From positions 1 through 31,884 of the forward strand of contig CAVVYR010000020.1 of assembly GCA_963752475.1 (NCBI GenBank): 31,884 bases of DNA, written 5' to 3'. This stretch comes from an uncultured Chloroflexia bacterium. GTDB lineage: Bacteria; Chloroflexota; Limnocylindria; Limnocylindrales; CSP1-4. A model generated the notes under the pieces. The model was not told the DNA's origin. It did no database searches and worked only from the letters and a program-made list of their open reading frames with translations. The position numbers and the translations under genes are program-made. This document shows, piece by piece, positions 16,216 through 25,317 of this stretch (positions are counted from its first letter, which is position 1; each line of letters opens with the position of its first letter).

Positions 16216-17235
16216 CTAGGGTTCAATGCCGTCTTGCGGCTCGTCGTTGTGGCCAGGCGCGACTTCGTCGGTCGGTCCCTCGACGTGGGCACGGACACCG
16301 GTGGGTCCGGACTCGTGATCGACCTGTTGCCAGATGACATGGAGCGGGCGCTGTTTGGTGTTCTCATAGGCTCGCCACGCATACGAGCCCACGATACCCA
16401 ATCCCACCAGATTGGTCGCGCCGACGAAGACGATGAGGACGGCCAGCGCCGTGAAGCCCTGGACCTCGGCGAGGCCCAGGAGCCGGACCACGGCCGCGAG
16501 CAGCCCGAAGGCACCGAACGCGAGTGCGAGAAGGCCACCGACCCGGGTCAGCAAGCGGACCGGCAGGTCGGTCACGGAGAAGACGCTGTCGGTGAGGTAG
16601 TCCATCTTCTTGCCAAAGGTCCAGGCCGAGCGACCATGGACTCGTTCGCGCCGCTCATATGTCACGTAGGCCCGGCGGAAGCCCAGCCAGAACACCTGTG
16701 CCACTAGCGAACTATGGTGCTCCTCGAGCGCCAGTAGCTGCTGGCGGAATGCCTGGTTGCAGGCGAAGACGTCGACGCCACCAGCCGGCATGTCTCGCAC
16801 GATCAACCGCCGGTAGATGCCCCAGAAGATCTGCGCCGGCAGCCGCGTGCTGGCAGGGTCCTGCCGTCCCTCGCGCACGCCAAGCACGACATCGGCAGCA
16901 TCGTCGCGGAGGATCTCGTCCATCTCCAAGATGAGCTCGGGCGGCTCCTGCAGATCGGCTGCCATGATCGCGAACCGGTCCCCAGTGGCGAGCTGTAGCC
17001 CGGCCCGCGCAGCCGGGAAGGCACCGAAGTTGCGCGACAGCACGGCCAGGCGAGAGCGCACGGGCCACGTCGGCAGTGCCTCCTGGAGCACCTCATAGGA
17101 GCGGTCGGGACTGCCGTCGACGACGAATACCGCCTCGAGCTCATCCGGCACCGCCTCGGCCATCCCCTGCACTGCCTCGAGCAAGTCGGGGATGGACTCC
17201 TCGTTGCGGTAGACGGGGATGATCAGCGAAAGCAT
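16216..17235 (-). CDS. GtrB-like undecaprenyl-phosphate glycosyltransferase (GT2, two C-terminal TM helices)
   Basis: LSLIIPVYRNE, VVDGSPDRS, LSRNFG, MAADLQEPPELI, R..G.S.WT, two TM helices, G.YAWR.YENTK.RP. Confidence 0.92.
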   Translation of the reverse strand: MLSLIIPVYRNEESIPDLLEAVQGMAEAVPDELEAVFVVDGSPDRSYEVLQEALPTWPVRSRLAVLSRNFGAFPAARAGLQLATGDRFAIMAADLQEPPELILEMDEILRDDAADVVLGVREGRQDPASTRLPAQIFWGIYRRLIVRDMPAGGVDVFACNQAFRQQLLALEEHHSSLVAQVFWLGFRRAYVTYERRERVHGRSAWTFGKKMDYLTDSVFSVTDLPVRLLTRVGGLLALAFGAFGLLAAVVRLLGLAEVQGFTALAVLIVFVGATNLVGLGIVGSYAWRAYENTKQRPLHVIWQQVDHESGPTGVRAHVEGPTDEVAPGHNDEPQDGIEP

Positions 17236-17237
17236 GG

Positions 17238-18374
17238 TCAGGTTCCCCCCTCGGTGAAGAACGTACCCACGACTTCGGTCACTCGTGCCTGCTCGTTGGG
17301 GCCGAGACCCGGATAGCAGGGCAACGACACGACGCTAGCGCAGGCTGCCTCGGTCACCGGCAGCTTCTTGGTGCGGCCGTGCTCGACGTACGCGGGCTGG
17401 AGGTGATCGGGGATCGGGTAGTGGACATCGCTGCCGATGCCGTTCGCAGCGAGGTGAGTCCTGAAGCGCTCGCGTTCGGAGATACGCGCGACGAACAGGT
17501 GAGCTACGTCCTCCTCGCCACGCACCGGAGTCAGCAGGATAGGCAAGCCCGAAAGGTCGCGGCGATAGGCATGTGCCACGAGGCGGCGCATCTCGTTCCA
17601 CTCGTCGAGGTGAGGCAGCCGATCGTTGAGGACGGCGGCCTGGATCTCATCCATGCGGCTATTCCGGCCGGCGGGCAAGTCCACGCGGTACTTGGCCTCC
17701 CAGCCATACTGCCGCAGCGATCGCACCCGATCCGCCAGCTCGGAATCGTCGGTCACGATGGCTCCGCCGTCGCCGGCCGCACCCAGGTTCTTGGTGGGGT
17801 AGAAGCTGAAGCAGCCGATAGCGGCGAAGCTCCCGGCGCGAGCGCCGCCATGCGTGGCGCCGTGGGCCTGAGCGCAATCCTCGATCACTGGGACGTCGGA
17901 GCGAGCAGCTTCGGCCAGGATGGCCTCGGTGTTGGCCAACTGCCCATATAGGTGCGTCACGATGATCGCCGCGGGCCGGTCCGCTCCCGTGCGGCCAGCG
18001 AGGGCCGCGGACAACGCGACCGGAGACATGTTCATGGAGGCTTCGTCGATCTCGACGTACTCCGGGATGGCCCCGACGGCGCGGACAGCGGTGCTGCCGT
18101 AGTGGCCGGCGTTGGCCACGACGAGGACATGGTCATCGGGACCGACCTCGAGGCTCCGCAGCGCGATCTCCAGGGCGTCTGTCCCGTTCGCGACGGCGAC
18201 ACACCGCTCGACGCCGCAGTACTCGGCAAAGGCCTCCTCGAAGCGTGCGACCTCTGCCCCCAGGACGTAGCGGCCCGACCGCACGACGCGGTCGATGGCT
18301 GCCCTGACATCGACCGCCCCCTCGATGGCGTCCAGGGAGACGAACGGGACGTGCTCCGCTGCCTCGGCGCTCAT
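17238..18374 (-). CDS. DegT/DnrJ/EryC1/StrS PLP aminotransferase (FdtB/QdtB-like)
   Basis: VANGTDALE, THLYGQ, IEDCAQAHGA, SFYPTKNLGA.GDGGA, NSRMDEIQAA, HYPIPDH.QPAY. Confidence 0.95.
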   Translation of the reverse strand: MSAEAAEHVPFVSLDAIEGAVDVRAAIDRVVRSGRYVLGAEVARFEEAFAEYCGVERCVAVANGTDALEIALRSLEVGPDDHVLVVANAGHYGSTAVRAVGAIPEYVEIDEASMNMSPVALSAALAGRTGADRPAAIIVTHLYGQLANTEAILAEAARSDVPVIEDCAQAHGATHGGARAGSFAAIGCFSFYPTKNLGAAGDGGAIVTDDSELADRVRSLRQYGWEAKYRVDLPAGRNSRMDEIQAAVLNDRLPHLDEWNEMRRLVAHAYRRDLSGLPILLTPVRGEEDVAHLFVARISERERFRTHLAANGIGSDVHYPIPDHLQPAYVEHGRTKKLPVTEAACASVVSLPCYPGLGPNEQARVTEVVGTFFTEGGT

Positions 18375-19708
18375 GCTTCGCGCTTCTTCTTCAGCCGAGC
18401 GGAGTAGAAGTCGCTCTCATCGGCGAGGACCACCTTGGTCGGCAGCATGTACGCGGCCAGTTGGTCCGCGCAGGCGTGGCGGATACGCTTCTTGAGGGAG
18501 GCTACCGACTCAGGCTCGACCGACGCGACCTTGGCCACCACGACCTGACCCAGGAGGGGATGCGACTCGCCGTAGACGGCGACGTCCTTGATGTTGGGGA
18601 GTTGGAGGATGGCCTGCTCGACCTCCGCCGGGTACACCTTCTGCCCCGCGACGTTGATGAGGTCGCTGTCACGGCCGAGGATGCGCAGCCAGTCGCCGTC
18701 GACCTCCACCAGGTCTTCCGTGTTGAACCATCCGCCCGCATCAAACGGGCTCGGCGCGTTCAGGTAGCCGACCATGGCGTAGTCCGACTTGATCCAAAGC
18801 ACACCGTCCACGACCTTGGTCTGGAAGCCCTCGCCGCCGACCTTGACCCAGAGCGAGCCGTCCTCGCGGGACTTGGAGCGCAGCACCCCCAGTTCCGACA
18901 GGCCGTAGGTCTGCTGAAGCAGGACGCCTGGGAAGGCCCGGCCCACGCGGTCGAGCGTCTCTTGGGGCATGACCTCCGTGCCGTAGGTGATGCGCTTGAG
19001 CGAACTGAGATCGTACTGTTCGACGGCGCCGGAGCGGATCAGCATGTTGAGGAACGACGGGGTGGTCGGGAGGATCTCGACGCGGTGCTGCTGGATGGCC
19101 GAGCAGATGGCCACGACCGATCGGTCGGGGACCGTGACCACCGTGCCCAGCCCGCTCAGGATGGCCAGGATGGTGTTGACGCCGCCGAAGTGGTCGAGCA
19201 TGAGGAAGGCGATAGCCACGCGGCTAGGGCCCTGCTTGCGGAACTTCTCGGCGACCAGCCGCATGTCGTGGAGGATGGCCTTGGGCGTCCCGGTCGACCC
19301 CGACGAGAAGAGGATCATGCCGGCATCGCGGCTCGATCGAAGACCGGCCACGAGCTCGTTCGTCGAGGTCCTATCCGTGCTCGAGAATGCCGGTTCACCA
19401 CTGGTGTAGTCGATGACCCACTGCGCCTCCGCCAGGTCGATGACGGTGTCGAGGTCGACGATGGCCTCCTGCGTGAACGGCACCACGATGCAGCTTGAAC
19501 GCATCAGCGCAAAGAGCAGGCACACGACCTCCGGCGAGTAGTCGCCCATGACCACCACGACGTCGCCGTCGGCCACGCCGTTCTCGCGCAACTGCTCACC
19601 GTACTGCTCGGTCAGCCTGTTCAGCTGCCTGTACGAGAACGCCCGCCCCTTGTCGATGAAGGCATTCCCATCGGGGGCGGTCTCGAAGCGTTCGAAGAGG
19701 AACTCCAT
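18371..19708 (-). CDS. AMP-dependent acyl ligase (ANL superfamily)
   Basis: LFSSGSTGTPK, YGLSE, WFNTEDL, GR.SDLINVAGQKVYPAEVE; RBS GAGGT. Confidence 0.93.
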   Translation of the reverse strand: MEFLFERFETAPDGNAFIDKGRAFSYRQLNRLTEQYGEQLRENGVADGDVVVVMGDYSPEVVCLLFALMRSSCIVVPFTQEAIVDLDTVIDLAEAQWVIDYTSGEPAFSSTDRTSTNELVAGLRSSRDAGMILFSSGSTGTPKAILHDMRLVAEKFRKQGPSRVAIAFLMLDHFGGVNTILAILSGLGTVVTVPDRSVVAICSAIQQHRVEILPTTPSFLNMLIRSGAVEQYDLSSLKRITYGTEVMPQETLDRVGRAFPGVLLQQTYGLSELGVLRSKSREDGSLWVKVGGEGFQTKVVDGVLWIKSDYAMVGYLNAPSPFDAGGWFNTEDLVEVDGDWLRILGRDSDLINVAGQKVYPAEVEQAILQLPNIKDVAVYGESHPLLGQVVVAKVASVEPESVASLKKRIRHACADQLAAYMLPTKVVLADESDFYSARLKKKREA

Positions 19709-19731
19709 GGCGCTACCTCACTTGCCGGACG

Positions 19732-20745
19732 TCACGTCCGAAGGATGCCGGTGGCCCAGGACATCCCGACGCCGAAACCACTGACGAGCACGAGCCCTCC
19801 CGGCTGCAGACAGCCCTGGTCCGTCGCGTCCTTGAGGGCGATGGGAATCGAGGCGGACACCGTGTTGCCGATGTCGCGGATGTTGGTGAACGCCTTCTCG
19901 GATGGGATCCCGAGTGACCGATTCAGCGCGTCCAGCGTGACCTTGCTCGCCTGGTGCATCACGACCAGGTCGATGTCATCGATGGTCAGGTCGTTACGTT
20001 CGAGCACCTCCCGGATCTGCGGCGGCACCCTGGCCTCGACGAACGCGAGGATGCCGGAGCCGTCCATGTAGATGTTGTCCTGTGACCGGACGCTGCCACC
20101 CAGATCGGCCCTGGGCTCGGCCGTCTCCGCCGATCGTGGCAGCCTGCAGCCTCCAGCCGGAACGATGAACATCTGGTGGTCCTTCCCGGCCGTGGCGCAC
20201 TGCACGTCGACGAGACCTCGGTCCGACTCCGAGACCGAGATCCACGTGGCCGCGGCCCCGTCACCGAAGAGGGTGCGGGCGGCCCGATCCCGTGGATGGA
20301 TGTACTTCGAGTAGGTATCGGCCGTGACGAGCAGGATGTCGCGGGCGATGCCGCCGGCGATGAGCGACTGTGCCAGCGCGAGGCCGTACACGAAGCCGGA
20401 GCAGGCGAGGTTGAAGTCGAGGGCGAAGACGTCGTCATCGAGCCCCAGGTGGCCATGCAGGAGCGTCGAGTCGGGTGGGAGCAGGTAGTCCCCGCTTTGA
20501 GTGCAGAACAGGATGGCGCCGATGCGCTCGCGCGCCTCAGGATGCTCGGCCAGCAGGCGGTCGCAGGCGTCGCGGGCCAGGTCGTAGGCGGTCTCGTCCG
20601 GCCGGGCGATGTGTCGCGACTCCACGCCCGTCCGCGTGACCACGCGCCGCATGTCCCAAGTCGGGTTCTCGTCGACCAGCATCTCGTTCGTGACGACCTG
20701 GTCGGGCAAGGCGTAGGCGATGGCTTGGATCTCAGCGTGCAGCAC
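19732..20745 (-). CDS. 3-oxoacyl-ACP synthase III (FabH-like)
   Basis: Cys-His-Asn triad in LACSGF, HQAS and GNTVSASIP; also LFGDGAAA and GFGVGMSW. Confidence 0.93.
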   Translation of the reverse strand: MLHAEIQAIAYALPDQVVTNEMLVDENPTWDMRRVVTRTGVESRHIARPDETAYDLARDACDRLLAEHPEARERIGAILFCTQSGDYLLPPDSTLLHGHLGLDDDVFALDFNLACSGFVYGLALAQSLIAGGIARDILLVTADTYSKYIHPRDRAARTLFGDGAAATWISVSESDRGLVDVQCATAGKDHQMFIVPAGGCRLPRSAETAEPRADLGGSVRSQDNIYMDGSGILAFVEARVPPQIREVLERNDLTIDDIDLVVMHQASKVTLDALNRSLGIPSEKAFTNIRDIGNTVSASIPIALKDATDQGCLQPGGLVLVSGFGVGMSWATGILRT

Positions 20746-21419
20746 TAGCTTGCGGCTCCGGAAGTTGCGGGCAGGCCGAGCAGTTCGCGAAGGGGCTCGT
20801 TGGCACGCTGGATCTCCCCGAAGACGGCCGGCCTCCCGTGGCCGGGATGGACCTCAGTGTCCGCCGGGAGCAACTCCCACAGCCGCTGCAATGAGGTCCT
20901 CAGTCCATCGCTGTCGGACTCCGGCATCGACCCGAGGAAGATGCCTTGTCGGTACAGGGTATCGCCCGTGAAGGCGTGTCCGTCGATCATCAGCACGACG
21001 CTGCCGGGCGTATGCCCAGGAACGTGCAGGACCTGCACCGTGATCTCACCCTCGGACAAGGACATGCCTTCGTCCAGGGTCACGGTCTCCGACGGTGCCT
21101 CTATACGCCAGGGCATCTTGAGAGCCATCATGGTGAAGTTGCTCGCGCGTGCCACGCGGCGGTCGGCGTCATGCAGGTACACGTCCACCTCGTACCGCTG
21201 GCGCAGGTGCTCCACCGACCCCACGTGGTCGAAGTGACCGTGGGTGCAAATGATGACCCGTGGCCTGAGTCCTGATCGCCCCAGAGCCGCTTCGATGGAC
21301 TCGCGATCGAGGCCCGGATCGATGAGGAGACAGCCACCCGAACCAGTGGGAACGATGTAGGTATTGGCCTGGACTTCGCGGTTCACCACCCGGATGATCT
21401 CCGGCCCGACCGCGCTCAT
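20745..21419 (-). CDS. Metallo-beta-lactamase-fold hydrolase (glyoxalase II-like)
   Basis: NTYIV, LIDPG, THGHFDH, PGHTPGS, FTGDTL, PGHG. Confidence 0.93.
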   Translation of the reverse strand: MSAVGPEIIRVVNREVQANTYIVPTGSGGCLLIDPGLDRESIEAALGRSGLRPRVIICTHGHFDHVGSVEHLRQRYEVDVYLHDADRRVARASNFTMMALKMPWRIEAPSETVTLDEGMSLSEGEITVQVLHVPGHTPGSVVLMIDGHAFTGDTLYRQGIFLGSMPESDSDGLRTSLQRLWELLPADTEVHPGHGRPAVFGEIQRANEPLRELLGLPATSGAAS

Positions 21420-22132
21420 CGATGGATGCCGCCAAGGAAGACGGTCTGACCGGTGACGTAGCCGCTGGCGGGCGAGGCGAAGAAGTCGATGACGTTGATG
21501 ACGTCCTCGGGCGTCGCAAGGCGGGAGATGGGCAGGCTGGCCAGCAGGTTCTCGACGGTCTCCGGCGGGAGCTGTTCGAGCATGTCAGTCTCGAGCGCGG
21601 TCACGCCAACGGCATTGACCGTGACGCCGTAACCCGCGAATTCCTTGGCCAGGACGGACGTCAGCGTCGAGGTGGCCGACTTCGTCGCGGCGTAGATCGC
21701 CTCGCCCACGGGTGAGAGGACTGAAGCGATCGAGCCGATGTTGATGATGCGTCCCATCGGGCGCTTGCGCATCAGTTTGGCCGCTTCGCGGGACACATAG
21801 AAGCCACCGAGCAGGTTCGTGCGCACCATCTCCTCGGCTTGCGAAGACGGGGTTAGCATGGCGTGTCGGACGGCTACGACCGCAGCGTTGTTGACGGCGA
21901 TGTCTACGGCTCCGTGTGACCGCGCGAGCTGCTGGAAGACCGCGCGGACGGCCGAGTCGTCTCCGATGTCGGCTTGGTGATGCTCGTAGGCCGCGTGTGC
22001 GATGCTGCTTGGGCCTCGACTGATGCCGACCACCGAGGCGCCCTCGACCAGGAAGTGCTCGGCGAGGATACGGCCCAGGCCCTTGCGCGTCCCAGTGATG
22101 ACGGCGACGTGGTCTCGGTAGCGCAGCGTCAC
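21416..22132 (-). CDS. SDR ketoreductase (FabG-like)
   Basis: ITGTRKGLG, NNAA, GRIINIGS, YAATK, TGQTVFLGG. Confidence 0.92.
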   Translation of the reverse strand: MTLRYRDHVAVITGTRKGLGRILAEHFLVEGASVVGISRGPSSIAHAAYEHHQADIGDDSAVRAVFQQLARSHGAVDIAVNNAAVVAVRHAMLTPSSQAEEMVRTNLLGGFYVSREAAKLMRKRPMGRIINIGSIASVLSPVGEAIYAATKSATSTLTSVLAKEFAGYGVTVNAVGVTALETDMLEQLPPETVENLLASLPISRLATPEDVINVIDFFASPASGYVTGQTVFLGGIHR

Positions 22133-22428
22133 TTCTCCGCGGCGAGCTCGAGGATGTAGTCGCGCAGGGTCGTGACCGTCGAGTACGGAGACACCGGGCG
22201 GGACATGGCTCGATCGTCAGCAAGGCTGATACCCAGCTCGTTCTCGACATTCATGGTCGTTTCGACGTCCGTGATCAGCGAGACGAACTCGAGCGAGTCG
22301 AGTGCCGCGTCCATCCCGAACAAGGTCGTCTCGGTGGAAATGGCGACCTGATCGTCGGGCTCTCGCTCCGAGTTGATGGCTTCCAGAGCTCGGAAGATGG
22401 CGGCGTCGATGGAGTCGGCAGTGATCAT
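22129..22428 (-). CDS. Acyl carrier protein
   Basis: 99 aa, acidic, LFG....LDSLEFVSLI phosphopantetheine-Ser motif; RBS AGAAAGGA; TGATG overlap with the upstream stop. Confidence 0.88.
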   Translation of the reverse strand: MITADSIDAAIFRALEAINSEREPDDQVAISTETTLFGMDAALDSLEFVSLITDVETTMNVENELGISLADDRAMSRPVSPYSTVTTLRDYILELAAEK

Positions 22429-23033
22429 CAGGTCCTTTCTGCGGGTGGTGTCGAGTTGATGAGGGCGTTCATGCGCGGCAGGGCGGTCTCGCGGAACTCT
22501 TGCTCCATCATGCCGACGCACACGATGTCGTGGAAGCGGTCGCCGATGAATTGGTGCTCGCGCAACCGGCCCTCCTCCTTCATGCCCAGGTAGAGGTGCC
22601 ACTTCAGCATCTGGTGGTTCTCGGCCACAACCGCACCGTGCAGCCGATGGAGCCCTAGGCGGTCGAAGGCCAGCTCATAGAGCAGCTTCAGCGCCTCGAC
22701 AGCGGCCGGCACACCCTTCACGGAATCGGGCTCCCCGATGAGGAACCTCGCGGGTTCCGCTCGCTGCTGGACACGGTCGACGTTCACGAGAGAGAGCATC
22801 CCCACGGACTGACCGTCCTTCAGCTCGATGATGAAGTTGTACTCGGTGTCGGGCCGTGCGCCGATCCAGGCGGCTTGCTCGGCCACGGTCGTGGCTCCAC
22901 GGTTGAGCAGCTCGGCGCGGTCACCCAGCCGCCATCCCAGTGTCGTCCCCGCATCCGCGGCTCGAAGCGGGCGCAACAGGACGTGCTCACCCGTCAGCTC
23001 GATATCCTCGATTGTCTGCACCACATCGCTCAC
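22428..23033 (-). CDS. GNAT N-acyltransferase (RimJ/PseH-like)
   Basis: VLLRPL...D, FIIE...GQ.VG, AFDRLGLHRL...V..EN, GMKEEGRLREH; GTG 23033 with GAGGG upstream. Confidence 0.88.
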   Translation of the reverse strand: MSDVVQTIEDIELTGEHVLLRPLRAADAGTTLGWRLGDRAELLNRGATTVAEQAAWIGARPDTEYNFIIELKDGQSVGMLSLVNVDRVQQRAEPARFLIGEPDSVKGVPAAVEALKLLYELAFDRLGLHRLHGAVVAENHQMLKWHLYLGMKEEGRLREHQFIGDRFHDIVCVGMMEQEFRETALPRMNALINSTPPAERT

Positions 23034-23086
23034 CCTGCGTCCCTCTGCTGCCGGTGGCCGCCCCGCTGGACCGCACCGATCCCTCC

Positions 23087-23112
23087 GTGACCGGGTCACC
23101 GGGTCCAGCATA
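23087..23112 (-). promoter_or_regulatory. Putative -10 (TATGCT) and operator-like palindrome for the 10-gene operon
   Basis: TATGCT at 23112-23107; GTGACC-G-GGTCAC at 23087-23099, just downstream of the predicted start site. Confidence 0.4.
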
Positions 23113-23145
23113 AAGCAGACCTCGGAGCCACCGGAATGCAAGGGC

Positions 23146-25317
23146 TCACGGTCCCTTGTGGGACTGTAGATCCAGCACTCGCTCCGGCGCGGAACCCACG
23201 TGCAGCGAGACAAAGAACGCTCTTGGGTCACCAGCGACGGCACAGCCAGGCGAGGTCACCTCGATCTCGACAGTGGCCTCGCCAGCTTCATCTAGCTCGA
23301 CCGGGACCGCGACAGACTGGCGCCCCCCATCGACCGAGGCCAGCTCCCCGTTCGCCAGCAGGCTCGCAGGCCCACACGGTGAAGGGCCGAACTCGAGCTC
23401 GACGTGGCTGCTGCCGGCGGGCAGGCCCGAGACGGCCACGACCGCCAAATCCTCGACCTGCCACCAGAACGGGTCCGTCGGAGTCCCTTCGGATCCGCTG
23501 AAGCCGCCGAGCGGGGTGACCACCGGGATTTGCGCCTCGTCGAGCCACTCGAAGTAGATCCAACGCTCCCTCGCGCTGGCCAGGTCCGGCACGCCCAGGA
23601 CGCTTGTATAGCGCTGCAGGTCGGCGGGGACCTCGAAGGAGGTCGTGTCCACGACGACGCCGCAGAAGCCCGCCTGTCGGCCGGCCTCGGCCAGCCTCTC
23701 GATGTCGTCGCGCATGTCGAGGCCCCACGTGCCCTCCGCCGTCCCCTTCATGCCACCATAGCTCCAGCGCAGGTCGTCGCTGACGAGGTAGGGGATCATC
23801 AGGGAGTAGGCCCAGAGCCCGTTGATCGAGCCGGCCTCCGGGAACTCCAGCAGCGGGAGCTGCAGGATCGGGCAGCCCTCAGGCAGCTCCGCCTCGAGCT
23901 CGTTCACGAAAGGCCTAACCTCGCGATCGAGAGCGTCGCTGTCGCCATAGTTCGCGAACCCGAGCGTGAGCGTCTCAAAGGCCAGGACTAGCGCCGCTAC
24001 AGCGGCAAGTCCGTTGCGGAGCCAACGCCGCCGCCGCAGCAGCTCGGTGGCGAGGATGCCCGCGGCCGCGGCCGCGAGGATAGCGATGAACACCGAGAAG
24101 CGACCCCAGGCCCTGATCTCGGGCGTCACGAGGTAGGCGAAGAGCACCCCGCCGCCAACGGACGCGAACATGATGAGGACCACAAGCAGGAGGCCCTGCA
24201 GGTAGCCGATCCGGCGCTGAGCACGAAGCCAGCTGCTGAGCCAGCCACCGGCAGCGGCAGGCCGGAAGAGTGCCACGACCAGCACCACGACCACGAGGAA
24301 GAGGGCGGCGATGATGACCACATTGAAGGCTGCGGTGCCCTCGTCGTAGACAAGCAGCCGGTTGAACTCTGGCCGCAGCTTGGTCAGGGCCGTGGCGAAC
24401 ATCGACCTCGTGTCCGGCAGGAACAGCGATGCCACCGTCCCGCCGTAGAGGGTCGAGTCGTGCGCGGTCCGATGCCAGCCGGTACCGTACGTGTGCTGGG
24501 CGGCGCTGTTCAGCACCACCGTCACTCCCATCACAGCCGGGACCGCGACCGCGATGACCACGCTGGGCCACCTGATGGGTCGTGCTCGCCAGGAGAGCAG
24601 CCGACGGACGAGCACGACGGCCATCAGGAGCGAGGTCATGAAGGCGTAGTAGATGCCACCGAGACCGGCCAACAGCACGAGCGCCAGCCCGCCGACCAGC
24701 CGCAGCGGACGCCCGCGGTCGAAGTAGCCTCGCCAAACGGCGACGACCAGGCCGACGCCGACGATCGCAGGAGCGTAGCTGGCGAGGAAGAGGTGACCGA
24801 CCGCGCGGGCGAAGTGCCACGGCAGCAACGCCAACGCGGCCGCAAGTACGATGGCACCGAAGCGATAGACACCCAGCAGGCGCAGCAACAGGTAGGCGCT
24901 GAGCCCGATCTGGAAGAAGCCGACGATGATGTACGAGTTGATCGCGGTCACAGCGTCGCCGAACACTCGGGCCAGAGGCACGAGATGCGCCCAGTGATAG
25001 GTGTCGGTCAGGATCGGGACCTGCATGATGTCCTGGAACCCCGGGTAGCCGAGGTTCGGGTTGCGCGTAAGGTCGCCGCCTTCGAGCGTGCCCTTCAGGA
25101 ACCCGGTCAGAGGTGTGAGGTCACCACCCGCACCCAGGAGCACATCGAGATCGGCTGGATTCAGGCGATAGACGACCACGGCCACCGCGACGCAGAGCAG
25201 TCCGACGAGAGCGCCGATGACTGACTCATGCATCCAGTCCCGGGTCGCCCATGGGGCCCGCTCGCTGGGGCTCACGTAGGCATTGCTCCCAGGCTCCCTG
25301 ACCGGACCCTCCGTCAA
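23146..25317 (-). CDS. Large polytopic membrane protein, probable GT-C-fold glycosyltransferase with C-terminal extracytoplasmic domain; start uncertain
   Basis: GGD after TM1, NPNLGYPG, LPWHFAR..GHLFLASY, GIYYAF, EIRAWGRFS, ILQLP...FPE, LRWSYG.MKG; many TM segments. TTG 25317 overlaps the rmd stop (TTGA). Confidence 0.72.
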   Translation of the reverse strand: MTEGPVREPGSNAYVSPSERAPWATRDWMHESVIGALVGLLCVAVAVVVYRLNPADLDVLLGAGGDLTPLTGFLKGTLEGGDLTRNPNLGYPGFQDIMQVPILTDTYHWAHLVPLARVFGDAVTAINSYIIVGFFQIGLSAYLLLRLLGVYRFGAIVLAAALALLPWHFARAVGHLFLASYAPAIVGVGLVVAVWRGYFDRGRPLRLVGGLALVLLAGLGGIYYAFMTSLLMAVVLVRRLLSWRARPIRWPSVVIAVAVPAVMGVTVVLNSAAQHTYGTGWHRTAHDSTLYGGTVASLFLPDTRSMFATALTKLRPEFNRLLVYDEGTAAFNVVIIAALFLVVVVLVVALFRPAAAGGWLSSWLRAQRRIGYLQGLLLVVLIMFASVGGGVLFAYLVTPEIRAWGRFSVFIAILAAAAAGILATELLRRRRWLRNGLAAVAALVLAFETLTLGFANYGDSDALDREVRPFVNELEAELPEGCPILQLPLLEFPEAGSINGLWAYSLMIPYLVSDDLRWSYGGMKGTAEGTWGLDMRDDIERLAEAGRQAGFCGVVVDTTSFEVPADLQRYTSVLGVPDLASARERWIYFEWLDEAQIPVVTPLGGFSGSEGTPTDPFWWQVEDLAVVAVSGLPAGSSHVELEFGPSPCGPASLLANGELASVDGGRQSVAVPVELDEAGEATVEIEVTSPGCAVAGDPRAFFVSLHVGSAPERVLDLQSHKGP

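Noticed and set aside
18371-22428. Reading the ACP/KAS III/AMP-ligase genes as a standalone PKS/NRPS or primary fatty-acid cluster
   Set aside because: No elongating KS, condensation domain, dehydratase or enoyl reductase; the genes are translationally coupled to sugar and Gtr genes.
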